Below are positions 24,697 to 38,205 of a stretch of 64,000 bases of DNA, piece by piece (position 1 is the stretch's first letter; each line of letters opens with the position of its first letter). The DNA is taken from contig NC_042998.1 in NCBI RefSeq assembly GCF_006345805.1, positions 35,836,001-35,900,000 of the forward strand, written 5' to 3'. Below the pieces are notes generated by a model. The model was not told the origin of the DNA. It saw nothing but the letters and a program-made list of their open reading frames with translations, and ran no database searches. The position numbers were made by a program, and so were the translations under genes. Source of the DNA: Octopus sinensis (taxonomy: Eukaryota).

Positions 24697-25200
24697 GGCA
24701 AGCTGGCAGAATTGTTAGCATGCTGGGTAAAATGCTTAGTGGCATTTCGTCTGTTGCTCTACATTCTGAGTTCAAATTGCACCAAGGTCGACTTTGCCTT
24801 TTATCCTTTTGGGGTCGATAAATTAAGTACCAGTAAAACACTGGGGTTGCTGCAACTGACTAGTCCCCACCCCAAAAATTTCAGGCCTTGTGCCTACAGT
24901 AGAAAGGACTATTTTTTTCTTTTTCCTTTCTACCCCACCCTCTCCACTATAAGTGGGGTGGAGGGTCAGTCGATTGCATCAACCCCCAGTGCTTGACTGA
25001 TCCTTATTCCATCAGCCCTGAAAGGACGAAAGGGAAAGTCCACCATGGCGTAATTTGAAATCAGAATTCTCCCAAGGTGGACTTTGCCTTTTTTGGTGTC
25101 AGGAAATTGAAGTAGAAATCATGTAGGAAGTGGTGGGGGAAGGGTCAATGTAATTGACTTGCCCTCTCCTCAAAATTTCTGGCCTTGTGCTAAAATCTGA
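24697..25200. mobile_element. Family C SINE cluster
   Basis: Plus copy 24697-24910, degenerate minus and plus pieces 24960-25200. Confidence 0.7.
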
Positions 25201-25219
25201 AACATTATTATTATTATTA

Positions 25220-25466
25220 AAAAGCACTGTTTGAGTGTGGCCAATGCAGGCCCACCTGACTGGCCCTCATGCCGGTGGCATGTAAAAAGCACCCATTACA
25301 CTCTTGGAGTGGTTGGTGTTAGGAAGGGCATCCAGCTGTTGAAACCTTGCCAGATCAGATTGGAGCCTGGTGCAGCCTCCTGGCTTGCCATCCCTCAGGC
25401 AAACCGTCCAACCCATGCCAGCATGGAAAGCGGATGTAAAATGACGACGATGATGATGATGATGAT
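25220..25466 (+). mobile_element. Family A RTE 3' end
   Basis: Conserved 3' motif and (GAT)n tail. Confidence 0.8.
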
Positions 25467-25734
25467 TCCATGTAATCAATTATTATTCTGTGCAAGTGAA
25501 GGTGAGTAACTCATGGAGACATTAGTCCATACGAGAGAGAGAAAGAAAGAGATCTGAGTTTGTTACATTCAACATGAGCTTTATTGCCACTGAAATATTC
25601 ATTTAGTGGAGAGAATATTGAAAATCTATAAGCAGGTGATCCTTATTGATTTTGTATACTTTGAGAATATTAATGATATATATATACCAATGTGACGTGT
25701 GTGTATATGTGTATGCATTATATATATATGTGAC

Positions 25735-26320
25735 TGGCCTGGTGCAGCCTTCGGGCTCCCCAGACTCCAGTTGAACCGTCCAACCCATGCTAGCATGGAA
25801 AGCGGACGTTAAATGAGGATGATGATGATGATGATGTGTGTATGTGTTTGTATATGTATATATGTTTATGTATCTATAAGCATATATATATATATATATA
25901 TATCATCATCATCATCGTTTAACGTCTGTTTTCCGTGCTAGCATGGGTTGGATGGTTTGACCGGGGTCTGGGAAGCCAGGAGGCTGCACCAGGCTCCAGT
26001 CTGATCTGGCAGTACTTCTACAGCTGGATGCCCTTCCTAACGTTGACCACTCCGTGAGTATAGTGGGTGCTTTTTACATGCCACTATCACAGGTGCCAGA
26101 AGAGGCTAGCAAACGGCCACGATCGGTTGGTGCTTTTACATGTCACCGACACGGACGCCAGTCAGGCGGCGCTGGCATCTGCCACATTCGGACGGTGCTT
26201 TTTACGTGTCACTGGCATGGGTATCTTAACTACAATTTCCATTTGATTTTTATTTTGATGTTGGTATTGACGTACTTGACTCAATACGTCTCCTCAAGAA
26301 CAGCGAGTCACTCTATGATC
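25735..26320. mobile_element. Tail-to-tail family A pair separated by (TA)n
   Basis: Plus end 25735-25835, minus copy 25903-26320. Confidence 0.8.
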
Positions 26321-27275
26321 CAATATATATATATATATATGCATGTATGTATAAGTATATATACATATATGTATGTATAAGTATAAATATATATATATGT
26401 ATATATATATAGAGAGATGTATGTGTAGATATATATATATCTGATATAGAAGGAAATTTTCAAAAAACTTTATCAGTGGCCAGCATATTTAAAAAATACC
26501 TTTTAAGGTGAAAATTATAAAAAACTTATAAATAAGGACAAAAGAAAAAAAAATTTCTATGCGAAATATGCCAAGAAATAGACTTAGAATTGTCAATAAC
26601 CACATATAATTCATCACTAAAAGCATGCATCTCGAAGTTATGTTTAAGTGTGTATTGTTGAAATTTAAAGAAAAACAAAAGATGGAGACAAGTGTATGAA
26701 CAACAAGCAAGTGTATTAGTTTGATGCTTGGGAATGTGAGAAAGTCCTTTACATTTTGAGCCCATGCTCTTCAACAGAAAGGAATAAGAGGAAATAAACA
26801 GAGAGAGAGGGAGAGAAAAAAACTTGTAGATTTAGCAGTGAAGCATGGTGGTCAAGTCTATGTATGTATGAATATATATATATATATATGTATGTATGTA
26901 TGTATAAGTACATATAATATGTATAGTTGTATGTATATATAGTTTATAGATTAGAGACAGGTATTCTTTGTAGTGCTCAAGAGATTTAAACTTGAGTGGG
27001 TAGAGGAGTAAATGTAAGGACAAGCAAATTAGGCAAGTCAATATGCCAAAAATATTGAATACATTTAATACAAAAAATGCACATATGTATATCATATAAA
27101 AAAAAAAGTCCATCTGCCAAGTAAATGGGAAGCAGTAATTGAAGTAGATAGTGAAATGCTTCGAAAATATCATTTAAAGATGTTTTTGTTGCACATTATT
27201 ATCGTTTTTGTTGAATAAAATTTGTTGAAAAAATGCTGCTATAATTATGCACCAACCCAGCATATATATATATAA

Positions 27276-27525
27276 TATGAGGGAATATTATTCCAAACTT
27301 ACAGGGAAAAATTCAATTTAGAAATACTAAATCAAATTTCACAAAATATAATATATACATATAAATTAGACAGAAACCACCTTTTATCAATTCAATAATG
27401 AAAAATTAAATTATACCATTTAGAAAAATTACATCTTATAGAAAGATGAAATATAAGATAAAACATATAACAATGATTAAGTGAAGTGCAAAGTAATAAA
27501 TAAAACGTATATATTTGGTAGAATA
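27276..27525 (+). repeat. AT-rich dispersed repeat beside (TA)n (copy of 2371-2620)
   Basis: Long alignment to the reverse complement of 2371-2620. Confidence 0.75.
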
Positions 27526-29726
27526 ACAACACGTGTATCATGGCTATATTTAAGAAATGATAATAGTAAAATCACTTCAATATAAATATAGCCACTCTTC
27601 AGGTTAAAGATAAAAACAATAAAATAATTAATTAGATAAATTAATAAATATACGTTAATAATCTTGTAAAATACGAAATATCTTAACAAATATATTCTTG
27701 TTTAAATAAAAAAAATAGAATAAAAAATAAGATACAATTAATTAAAATATTTAAAACAAATATATATATATAAAATACAAAATATACATTAAGTGAAAAC
27801 TAAATATTATAATTTAATCTATATACATTAAATTAAATTATTAATTAATTTATTTATTTAATAAACATCTAAATAAAATCTTATACTCATTAAATAATTT
27901 ATATTAAAAACCTTAATATTAAGTAATATACATAATGTTAGTACAAGCAATAAATATTAGAATTAAAAATAGGAAATGGTTCAAATATATACACACCTAT
28001 TATATAAACTAACTACATTATTAATATATACAGGACACCAAAAAAAACGTCGAACACAATGAGAAACGAAAACATAGACACAAACCCAAGGAACAAAATA
28101 AAATAGAGTACAGGACAAATAACACAAGGAAAAAACCCCTTCTTCAGTCGCCATGGTTTCATCTACTCTACGTTTCGAAGGTGAAGGCGAGATGTATCTT
28201 CGATAGAAACTTTCCTTCCTGCGAAAAGCAAATCAAATAAAATTTGAGATCTTTTTGCAGAGGGGTAAAAATGGTAACAAAAACAGGACAGTAACGACAG
28301 TACAAAATATAAGCAGTAAAAAAGAGGACAAGGAAAATAACAAGACAAGAAGGGCTGTTAAGCCGAACGAAAAAAAGTATCACGAACGCTATTTCTGTGG
28401 ACAGCAAAGGGAGCAAAGAAAATTGCCGTATATATATAAAACTGAAACTGAGCTAGTGTAAATGAAAATATACTGTTCATTATATGGCAGAGTTGTGGGC
28501 TGATGGCATTCAGAAGTTCACGGAGCAAAGTTGGCATAAATGAAATAGGCTGTTCCCGTGTTGTGATCAAAGTTTAGAGCAGATATAATTCAGAGGTAGC
28601 GGTGCAAAGTTGGTGTGAAAAACAAAGGGGCTGTTCTGATGTTGCTTGTATGATGTCTTTCCACTAACTGGTTAAATTAAAATACCCGCTTCTCTTCTTC
28701 GGTAGAAAACTGCTTTTGATATTAATGCACACCCAGCCCTGATTGGCTGGAGCTTGCCACAGCACTACTATGCTAGAACATGATAACAAGAATAGATTTC
28801 CTGACATGCTACAAATTAAAATATATCAGAGCATAAAAATGATAATTTGCTCATTGCAGTAATTCAGGCAAAATTAAAGGAGTTCATAAAGGTGTACACA
28901 CAAGTCTGATAATCTGGGTCGTAGAAAAGTGCTATGAAAAATATAAATATTTGTGTTTTGTAGAGACAATTTGATCATGCAAGTAGAAAACGTCCATATG
29001 AATAGAATAATTTGTGTTGTGGAGCAAATGACACTTATGAAGAGAGAAATGTACATGTATTTAAACTGGTAGAAATTATACTGTCGAGGCTAGACCAAGG
29101 CTAACCGTCTTGCTTGGTGGGTGAGGAGGAGGAGAAAGAGAAGAGAGAGAGAGAAGAAATTTTACCGTGGCTGTTGGTAGCTGCTAAGCATGCTTGAACA
29201 AATTTTGACTTTAGTTTAATATAGACAAAAAAGATTCAAGAGGCTACCTAGACATTGGAGAGCCTTTTTTGATTGGCTAAAATTACACACGACTAAAAGT
29301 GAAATTAAACTTTCGTCTGCATGTAGGTGTCTTTTTAATAATAATAAAAAAAATTGTCCCCCAATCCATGGTGACTGATTATATTTAAATTGACTGATCT
29401 AATAATTAACTTTCTTGATTAAAAGAGAGAAGGTAAAAATAGTATTGTTTTAAAATACTGTTTATAAGAAACAAATTTTATTTATAAACGAAATCTACAT
29501 CAAAATGAAAAAGTAAAATAAGTGTTACATGTTTAAAAATCTTTTCAAATTGGGTTTTTTACTCTAGGAAGAAAAAACAAAACAAAACTCTAATTTAGTA
29601 AAACAGAAATGAAATGTGATCCGAAACAGTTAAAAATAATAAAATTTGGTATCGAGTCTTATGAAGCGATCTGGTATTTGATGTTACTATTAATTGAGGA
29701 AAATTAGTGATCGTTTTTATTTGTTG

Positions 29727-30757
29727 GCTTACTTAGGAGACATTTAAAAAAATGAAAACATCTTATTCCCTCCGAAATAAATAAAATGTTTGTTAAAAAA
29801 AAAAAAAAACGACTCGCTGGAGTATTTTCAAATTTCGTCAATTACGTTCCCACTTTTGTAAGCAATCGCTTTAGTGTTTTTTTCGCTTTTAACATTTTTT
29901 GGCTTACTTTGGAGATATTTAAAAAAAATAAAACATCTTATTCCCCACGAAAGAAATAAAATGTTAGTTTAAAAAAAAACCCGACTCGCTTGAATATTTT
30001 CAAATTTCGTCAGTTACGTTCCTACTTTTGTAAGCGATCCGTTTAGTGTTTTTTTCGCTTTTTAAAATTTTTTGGTTTACTTAGGAGATATTTGCCGAAA
30101 TGCAAGAAATTTAACAAGAAATAGCTTACAAACTACAGAATTTTCTCAAGAAAGCCAAGAGAAAAAGATGTTTTATGCAACACATTTTACCAGTATACGA
30201 AGTTTAAAAGTGTTTAGTTACAAAGAAATTATTTAAAAAATCTGCAGATCAAAGCCAAAAGATACATATTTAAAAAAAAGAAAACATCTTATTCCCACCA
30301 AAATAAATAAAAAGTTAGTTTAAAAAAAAACCGACTCGCTCGAATATTTCCAAATTTCGTCAATTACGTTCCCAGTTTTGTAAGCGATCCGTTTATTGTT
30401 TTTTTCGCTTTTTTATTTTTTTTGGTTTACTTAGGAGATATTTGCCGAAATGCAAGAAATTAAACAAGAAATAGCTTACAAACTACAGAATTTTCTGAAG
30501 AAAGCCAAGAGAAAAAGATGCTTTATGAACACATTCTACCAGTATACGAAGTTTAAAAGTGTTTAGTTACAAAGAAATTATTTTTAAAATCTGCCAGTCA
30601 AAGCGAAAAGAATCCACATCTTATTCCCCACCAAAATAAATAAAATGTTAGTTAAACAAAAAAAAAAAAACCCCGACTCGCTCGAATATTTTTTCTAATT
30701 TCGTCGATTCCGTTCCCAGTTTTGCAATCGACCCGTTTAAGTATCTTTTTTCGCTTG
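29727..30757. repeat. Complex tandem array A-A-B-A-B-A (A ~150-175 bp, B ~180 bp) upstream of CDC27
   Basis: A unit (catcttattccc...cgactcgct...aatttcgtcaattacgttccc...ttttcgctt) at ~29727, 29901, 30268, 30616; B unit (ttgccgaaatgcaagaaat...aaaaaatctgc...aaaagat) at ~30083 and 30434. Confidence 0.9.
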
Positions 30758-30759
30758 TT

Positions 30760-30894
30760 TCGTTTACGCTCCGCCGTCACGTGACCACCGTTTGAAAGCG
30801 AGGCGTACCCCAATGGCGTACGGACTTATAACGAAATGGGGTGTTTGAATGTCGATCATGTCTATGGCCAAAGTAGTTGACGTTTAAAGACACG
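30760..30894 (+). promoter_or_regulatory. Putative CDC27 core promoter/5' UTR
   Basis: Local CpG enrichment; palindromic E-box GTCACGTGAC 30776-30785; CHR-like TTTGAA at 30791-30796 and 30844-30849; CCAAT 30810-30814; immediately upstream of the start codon. TSS not determinable. Confidence 0.6.
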
Positions 30895-30918
30895 ATGCTC
30901 ATACAAGAACCAGTGCAG
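30895..30918 (+). CDS. CDC27: CDC27/APC3 exon 1 (MLIQEPVQ)
   Basis: ATG CTC ATA CAA GAA CCA GTG CAG|gtgaaa; in-frame upstream stop TAG at 30874; matches CDC27 N-terminus M(T)VLQEPVQ; lies in a CpG-rich promoter-like region. Confidence 0.9.
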
Positions 30919-33404
30919 GTGAAACCACACAATACCTTTTCTATATATTCCGCCCAGCCGACCAATTCTTTGCCTTTTCTCTCTTTATTCTGCTTGTTAT
31001 TGTTCCGTCAGGGTCCCTCTCTCTGTTTTTTTGTGTCGTTTGTCCAGATTAAATCTCTTTTGTGGAAAAGAAACGGAAATTCACGAGAAATATTAATTAA
31101 ATATTCACCATTCACTGAAAAATCGATAGTTATTTCAGAAATTAAATATAAGGTAATAAATAAAACGGCATTTATGGTTTAATGAGAGAGTAAAACCTTC
31201 GCTTTGTGTAATTTCTTCTACATTGGAAAATGGTGGAATCAGAAATGGTTTGAAATTAAAGGGTTTATTTATATATTTGGGATCCCTGGTTAGGTTATAT
31301 ATTGGCTTGTGTCTAAATAGGAATGAAATGCTTTAGTTTCGTGTTGGAATTATGCTCGCCAATATTATTATTCCAGCGAGAATCGCGACGGTTGAAAATC
31401 TCATGAAGAGAACCTGGAAGGAAACATGGCTGTAGTTCGGTTCATTTGTAATAACACTGAATATATTTAGATAATTATAGTGTTTTTAAGGAATTATCTG
31501 AATGCTTTTATAGTAAGAAATATCCTGTTTTCTTTTTTAAAGTGAATTGCATTTTACTGGATTATCAGCAATTCGTGAAAACCTCATTAAAATGTTTCTA
31601 GAACAAAATACAAAAAAAACCCGAATCCCCCCCTCTTTGTAGACATTTTAAATCAAACGGATTTATTTATACAATTCAACAAATATTTCATATTTTCATA
31701 TGTAGCTGTTAGTATTTTGTGAATATTTATGTTTTAGATCGGTTTCCCCCTTTCTTTCCGAAAATTGATTCTGAAAATTGTTCAGTTAATGTTTGAATTT
31801 GAAGAATTCGCGTTAATTAAAAAGGTCAAACAGGAATTTATAGAAGTTCCAGGGTAGTATGACATGAAAAGTAATATTTCTGTTTCATTTTATTAAAAAA
31901 ATGTAATATAAACAATAATAATCCCTTTATTTTTTTATAATATTCCTTAATATCAGGAAATTATATGCGATGCTCCTAATATGGTAATTTCTTTTTTCAT
32001 TTTAGTGGAGTTACATTTCCAAGCACTAGTTAGGGAAAATGTCCCATCATCTGTTCCATGGACACCCGTCTTCACATCGTATTACTGTTTAGTTTCTTAA
32101 TTAAACCACCCGTTTTCCACCCTGGACTATCTCTTTATTGATTAATTAAAAACACAAACCTAATTGGCTGAATAGCAATTTTCTATCTTATTTCCACACT
32201 CATGGTTTCACACTTTTTATCTTATATAGAAAGTTAAAATATATTTCGAAACTAGGTTTCGTTGAGTTTTCATGTAAACAAAAAAAACCCCAGATTAATT
32301 GGTTTCAGGCATTTTTCGTATTAAAAAAATAAGTTATAGTTTGAAATTAGCAAAAAAAAAAAAAAAAATTACTAGGTTTTCATGTAAACAGAAACGAAAT
32401 TAAGTAGTGAGGCAGAGGTTATTCATTTTCAAACCATCAGTCTTAATATTTAATAAAAATAATACTTCTGTTGAGGGGGGACCTGTTAATTTAGTTCACT
32501 TGAGCTTTCCGTTAAATATACATTTGTGTTGACAGCTGATTTCTACCGTTCAAAATTTATTCTTGCTTATGTATTGTTTATTAGAAGAATAAGTTTCGGT
32601 TGCCTTTAAAAATTCTGAATTTAACCGTTATTTAGTTTCTATTTCAGTTTGCTTAGCAATTTCTCGATTTTCCCACAGTGATTTCTTATTCTTGAATATA
32701 ATTTTGTATTATCTTACAAAAACAGTTATGTTGTATTATATATAGACTTTGAAAAGTAGTGGATTATAAGAGAATTTGTTGACCGCCGAGGGGTCGCTTT
32801 TGTTTGTCTCCCAGCAAAGAAGCTTTGTTCCTTTATTGATAGGCAGCTGTTTAAGTGATTGACCACATTACTTTATAGTTTTCGAAAAGTTCCCTTCAAC
32901 AAATGCTTATTTTAAGATTCCCTTATTAATATTAATTCAATGACAATATCGTATATCCGAGTACATTTTTCGTCTTGACAAAAGGGTTATTTTATGAGAC
33001 AAAAAAAAAAAAATTAAATTCTTTTCCTTTATATCTTGGTTAATATTTTACCATATTTTTTCAGTATATTTTCTGTTGAATATATCAGTTTTAAACTAGT
33101 TCAATATTTAACTCAGCTGTTTTTATTCGAAGTATAATTGAAACCTTCTTGAATATGTGTTCTCCATTGAAAAGTCAACAAAATGTTGTCTAGTCTTTGT
33201 ATAGATTCTCACAGAAGAAATGTTTTCATTAGATTTAAATCTATTTGTTCTTTCTTCGAAAGAGCTTAATTAAGATATAACTTGTTTTATTACAGCACTG
33301 TTGTTAAATTCGTTTAGTTCCTTGAATATATGAAAACATTTTAGTTATTTTCATATTAATTTCCTGACTCTCCCACTCCGTTGTTGTGTTTAATAATAAA
33401 TTCT

Positions 33405-33822
33405 TTATAGTTTTGGCACAGGGCCACCAGTTTTTAAGGGGAAGGGACAAATCGGTTACTCCGAGCCCAGTACTTGACTGGTCCTTTATTTTATCGACCC
33501 TGAAAGGATGAAAGGCAAAGCTGACCTCAGCTGTGTTTGAGTTCAGAATGTAAGGAGCCGGAAGAAATACCACTAAGCATTTTTTCCGACACGCCAACGA
33601 TTCTGCTTGCTCTCTGTTTTAATAATAATAATAATCCTTTCCACTGTAGGCACAACGCCTGATATTTTGGGCGAAGGGAACAGTCGATTACATCGACCCC
33701 AGTGCTCAACTGGTACTTATTTTATCGAACTTGAAAGGTGAAAGGCAACATTGAATTCGAGACGGACGAAATGCCGCTAAGCATTTCGTTCGATACGCTA
33801 ACGATTCGGCCTGCTCGCCGCC
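33405..33822 (-). mobile_element. Two tandem family C SINEs in CDC27 intron 1
   Basis: atcgaccctgaaaggatgaaaggcaaag...aaataccactaagcattt, occurring twice. Confidence 0.75.
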
Positions 33823-34784
33823 AAAATAATCGAAAGTTTATAGTGATGTCGATTAAAATCATTTTGAGACCGGTTATTTGAGGATGTTTGTACTAATTTT
33901 TTTTCAGTTCCTAAATACATTCTGTTCACATCTAGATTCCGTACAGCAAGTTCAAGAATATTTTAAACATTTTTTTGATAAGAACCCTCAAGTAATTTTA
34001 GAAGGTTGTCTTAGGCTTAATTAAACCCAGACATTTGGTGAATACGTAAAACTATTATTACAACTGTAGTAATTTATTATTTAAATCGTTTGATACTAAC
34101 ATGCCTTTATACACATAAGGCAGTCTCTACTATCTACAGTGATAATTTAGGAGTGCCACAAAAGATGTTGGTTTACATATTAATGAAATAAATTTATAAG
34201 TTAGTAAGCCAAATCAGGTTTTTTGAGGATAATAGAAAAAAAAATTTAAATGGGTTATAAAAGGGAAAAATATTGAGGCTGGTAACCTAATAGTTTTGGA
34301 GAGGTTGTGGTGGAACCTTTAGTTTTTAGCTATTAAAAGATAAAAAAACCCAAAAAACAGCAACCTTTTCTGTAGATTATTTGTTCTCATAAAAACGAAC
34401 AATAATTTTATGTGAATAAGTAGTCTTTGGCTGGCTCTGTTTACTCAGCAAACCAGTAGATTCCTCCCAAATTACACAAATTATAATAATATATGTTGAG
34501 TGTTCTGTTAGTTGAATTAAAAATTCACTTGATTTCTATTCCAGCTGTTATCTTTCTTGCAGACAATCTGTTCTCTCATTTTTAGCATATGATTTTCCAG
34601 CAACTATGGAAAAGTTATCACAATTGTCTTTTGATGTAATCAGCTGGTTCAGTAAATATAGAATAGCCAGAGGAGGTGTCTTTATCATCTATTTCAACAA
34701 AGAGATGTTTCTGCCTCCTTTTGCTTTCAAAGAGGAGTTTTGAGTACTACTTGTAGTCTTTTTAACTCTAGGGCAGTTAAAAAA

Positions 34785-35178
34785 TCAATGGAAATTGTAG
34801 TTGTGATCCCTGTGCCGGTGGCACTTAAAAAGCACCATCCGAACGTGGCCGATACCAGTGCTGCCTCGACTGGCTTCCGTGCTGGTGGCACGTAAAAAGC
34901 ACCATCCGAACGTGGCCGATGCCAGTGCTGCCTTGACTGGCTTCCATGCTGGTGGCACGTAAACAGCACCAACCGATTGTGGCCGTTGCCAGCCTCGCCT
35001 GGCACGTAATTTGCACCCACTAAACTCACGGAGTGGTTGGCGTTAGGAAGGGCATCCAGCTGTAGAAACACTGCCAGATCAGACTGGAGCCTGGTGCAGC
35101 CTTCTGGCTTTCCAGACCCTGGTCGAATCGTCCAACCCATACTAGCATGGAAAATGGACATTAAACAATGATGATGAT
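34785..35178 (+). mobile_element. Family A RTE 3' end
   Basis: Tandem aaaaagcaccatccgaacgtggccgat units, conserved motif, GAT tail. Confidence 0.82.
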
Positions 35179-35419
35179 AACTCTGGCAGAATCATGGTTG
35201 ATGGGAATATAAAGGTGAGAAGGTGGCTTCGAGTATTTCAGAGAAGAAGGATTTAGCAAAGTGTTTTGGCCGTGGAAGTGAGGGTGAATGCATTGAGTGA
35301 GTCTAAGGAACCAGTTTCACCAAATAATGTGATTTACATGATGAAACCAATTCTTAAAAACGTCTTCAGTTCTACTCCCTCTCTCACCTAAGAGGTTTTT
35401 GTTTTGCAACTTTCTTGGC

Positions 35420-35655
35420 AATCCCACTGGTACTGGTGCTATGTTAAAAGCACCTGCGCTTGTACCATGTAAAAAGCATCCATGCTGGTGCCACACGAAG
35501 AGCACCCACTACACTCTGTGGTTGGCATTAGGAAGGGCTTCCAGCCATAGAAACTATGCCAAAGCAGACAATTGGAGCCTGGTGCACCTCTCCTGTCAAA
35601 GCGTGCAATCCATGCCAGCATGGAAAACAGACATCAAATGATAATAATGATGATG
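35420..35655 (+). mobile_element. Family A RTE 3' end (older)
   Basis: ggttggcattaggaagggcttccagcc...aatgataataatgatgatg. Confidence 0.7.
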
Positions 35656-36314
35656 TTTATTAAATAAAACTTGTTTATTCCCAATGATTTAACTTTTCCA
35701 AAAACCTTTTAGGTTATAGCTCAAATATTTTTCTTCCCCAAAACTTAATATCTGAAGCCTAACTTCTTGTACAAATTTCATCCTCTTTCAATGCAGTGAT
35801 GGGTCAGACAGCTTGGATCTGTCCCACACCTGGGGTCGTTTGGGTCCTGTTAAGTCCTTCAACTTATGGAAGCAGGCCCTTAAAAAGTAATGATGAAATC
35901 TGTACAAGAGAACAGTTATGCTTGAGATATTTTAGTTTTGGCATGGAAAAATATTGGAGTTATATCCTAAAATGTTTTGGCAAAGTTAAATCATTGAGAG
36001 TAAAACATGCTTTAGGTTATTAATAGCAAAGCCCATATTGTGAGGAGACTAATTAAAATCAAGCCTATTAATTTCATTGTCAGTCATGCAACTTGTTGAA
36101 AAAGAAGGTTTGAGCCACAAAATTATTCTACATTAGGACTAAATGTTTTAAACTTATAAATATGCTTTTGCATTTATTTGCTTATGTTCTTCAATTTTTT
36201 TTTTGTATCAAAAGAGCAACTGGAATGAAGAAGAGTCGTTTACCATTCCTATAGCTTTTCAAGAAAATTTTAACTCTTCCACCTATGGAAAAATAGATGA
36301 CTGGGTATTAAAAT

Positions 36315-36780
36315 ATCATGTTTGTTTTCCATGCTGGCATAGGTTGGGCAGGTCAACAGGGACTGGCAAGCTGGAATGCTACATCAGGTTCCATCTGTTT
36401 TGGCATGGCTTCTACAGCTGGATGCGCTCCCTAATACAGACAGAGTGCATTGGGTGCTTTTTATGTGGAACCAGTGGGATCACTAAGTCATCATCATCAT
36501 CATCGTTTAACGTCTGCTTTCCATGCTAGCATGGGTTGGACGATTTTAACTGAGGGCTGGTGAACCAGATGGCTGTACCAGGCTTCAATCTTGATCTGGC
36601 AGAGTTTCTACAGCTGGATGCCCTTCCTAACGCCAACCACTGCGAGAGTGTAGTAGGTGCTTTTTACGTGCCACCGGCACGGGGGCCAGTCAGGCAGTAC
36701 TGGCAACAACTTTGCTTGAATCTTTTTACACATGCCACCGGCACAGGTGCCAGTAACGATCACGCTCGAATAGTGCCCAG
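36315..36780 (-). mobile_element. Two family A RTE 3' ends
   Basis: Degenerate copy 36315-36480, younger copy 36488-36780. Confidence 0.78.
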
Positions 36781-37224
36781 CTTGCAAAATTAAAGACTCT
36801 CAACTGAGGGACAGGGTGGAACCAAGGGAATTGGCTGTGAGCCTAGAGAGAGGTTAGAGTAAAATAGAGGGACTGAGATAATTGTTTTGCTGTAGAAGGG
36901 ATACTTGGTTACCCCAGTAGGACAGGGAAGGAGAGTGCAAGGGAAGATGTTTAGAGATATTTCCTGCAATTAAGGTGATTAGCCACACAGCTGATTACTT
37001 ACTTGATTAGTCAAATCTTACAGCAACAAAATTGGTTTTGTGACTCTTGAGTTTTGGTTGTGAGACGCAAAAAAATAAAATCTTTTCTTATTTTACTGCT
37101 ATCATTCATTGGATTTTGTGTCTGTAAAGGTTTTAGTCAATCATAATTTGAGCATTATCAGTCTCTGTTGAATGACTAGGTTTCCATTTTGATATAAAAG
37201 GGTGCAACTTCACATTATCATTAA

Positions 37225-37880
37225 ATGTCGTTTAACGTCCGCTTTCTATGCTGGCATGGGTTGGACACTTTGACTGAGGACTGGCAAGCCAGAAGGCTGC
37301 ACCAGGCTCCAATCTGATCTGGCAAAGTTTCTACAGCTAGATGCCCTTCCTAACGCCAACCACTCCGAGAGTGTAGTGGGTGCTTTTATGTGCTGCCGGC
37401 ACGAAGGCCAGTCAGGCGGTACTGGCAGCGACCACGCTCAAAGGTGTTTTTTTTATGTGCCACCTTTACGGGAGCCAGTCCGGCAGCACTGGCAACAACC
37501 ATGCTCGAATGTTGTTTTTCACGTGCTAGTAAGGCGATGCTGGCAATAACCACACTCAAATGGTGCTTTTTATGTGCCACCAGCACGGGAGCCAATCAGT
37601 GGCAACGATTATGCTTGGATGGTGCTTTTAACATTCCACTGGCATGAGTGCCAATCAGACAGTACTGTCATTGGCCATGTCAGCGATTTTGATTTCACTT
37701 GCCTCAGCAGGTCTTCGTAAGCAAAGTTTATTGTCCAGTGAATGAAGGGTACTCACAAGTGGGCTGGTTATACACCACTGGCATAGGCCATGGGTTATTG
37801 TCTCACTTGGCTTGCCGGGTCTTCTCAAGCACAGCATTCTCCAAAGGTCTTGGCCACTAGTCATTGCCTTGGTGAAGCCA
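37225..37880 (-). mobile_element. Family A RTE 3' end including ORF terminus
   Basis: Reverse strand GFTKAMTSGQDLWR... followed by 3' UTR with about 5 repeat units. Confidence 0.82.
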
Positions 37881-38205
37881 TATATGCATATGCAGACGTG
37901 TGTGTGTGGCTGGCTGGCTGGTAGGCTCTCATTTCCTGATGGAATCATGGGGCTATTTGTGACCAAGTGTTCCATCTCTCTCAGGTCTGAAGACAGGGAT
38001 TGAACTCAGATACATGATCATGAAATTCACTTCATAATTAGGTTTATTTAAATAATATATAGACATGGCTGGGGAAGAGTAATAAAACACCACACACAAA
38101 CAAACTGGGAAGTAACTAAAAACATGGTTAAACATATATAGATTTTTGTCCTTATATGTTTAACCATGTTTTTAGTTACTTCCCAGTTTGTGTGTGGTGT
38201 TTTAA

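Noticed and set aside
28130-28210. Possible hammerhead on the minus strand (CGAAACGT and CTGAAGA)
   Set aside because: The two boxes are in the wrong order for a type I motif and I could not build consistent stems; at most a decayed PLE-like end
28458-28570. FMPTLLRELLNAISPQLCHIMNSIF on the minus strand
   Set aside because: Weakly like a LINE RT N-terminal segment, but too short and degraded to call
30777-30965. Divergent gene or antisense ORF at the CDC27 promoter
   Set aside because: The ORF has no recognisable homology and I found no minus-strand exons between 15339 and 30700; a non-coding divergent transcript cannot be excluded
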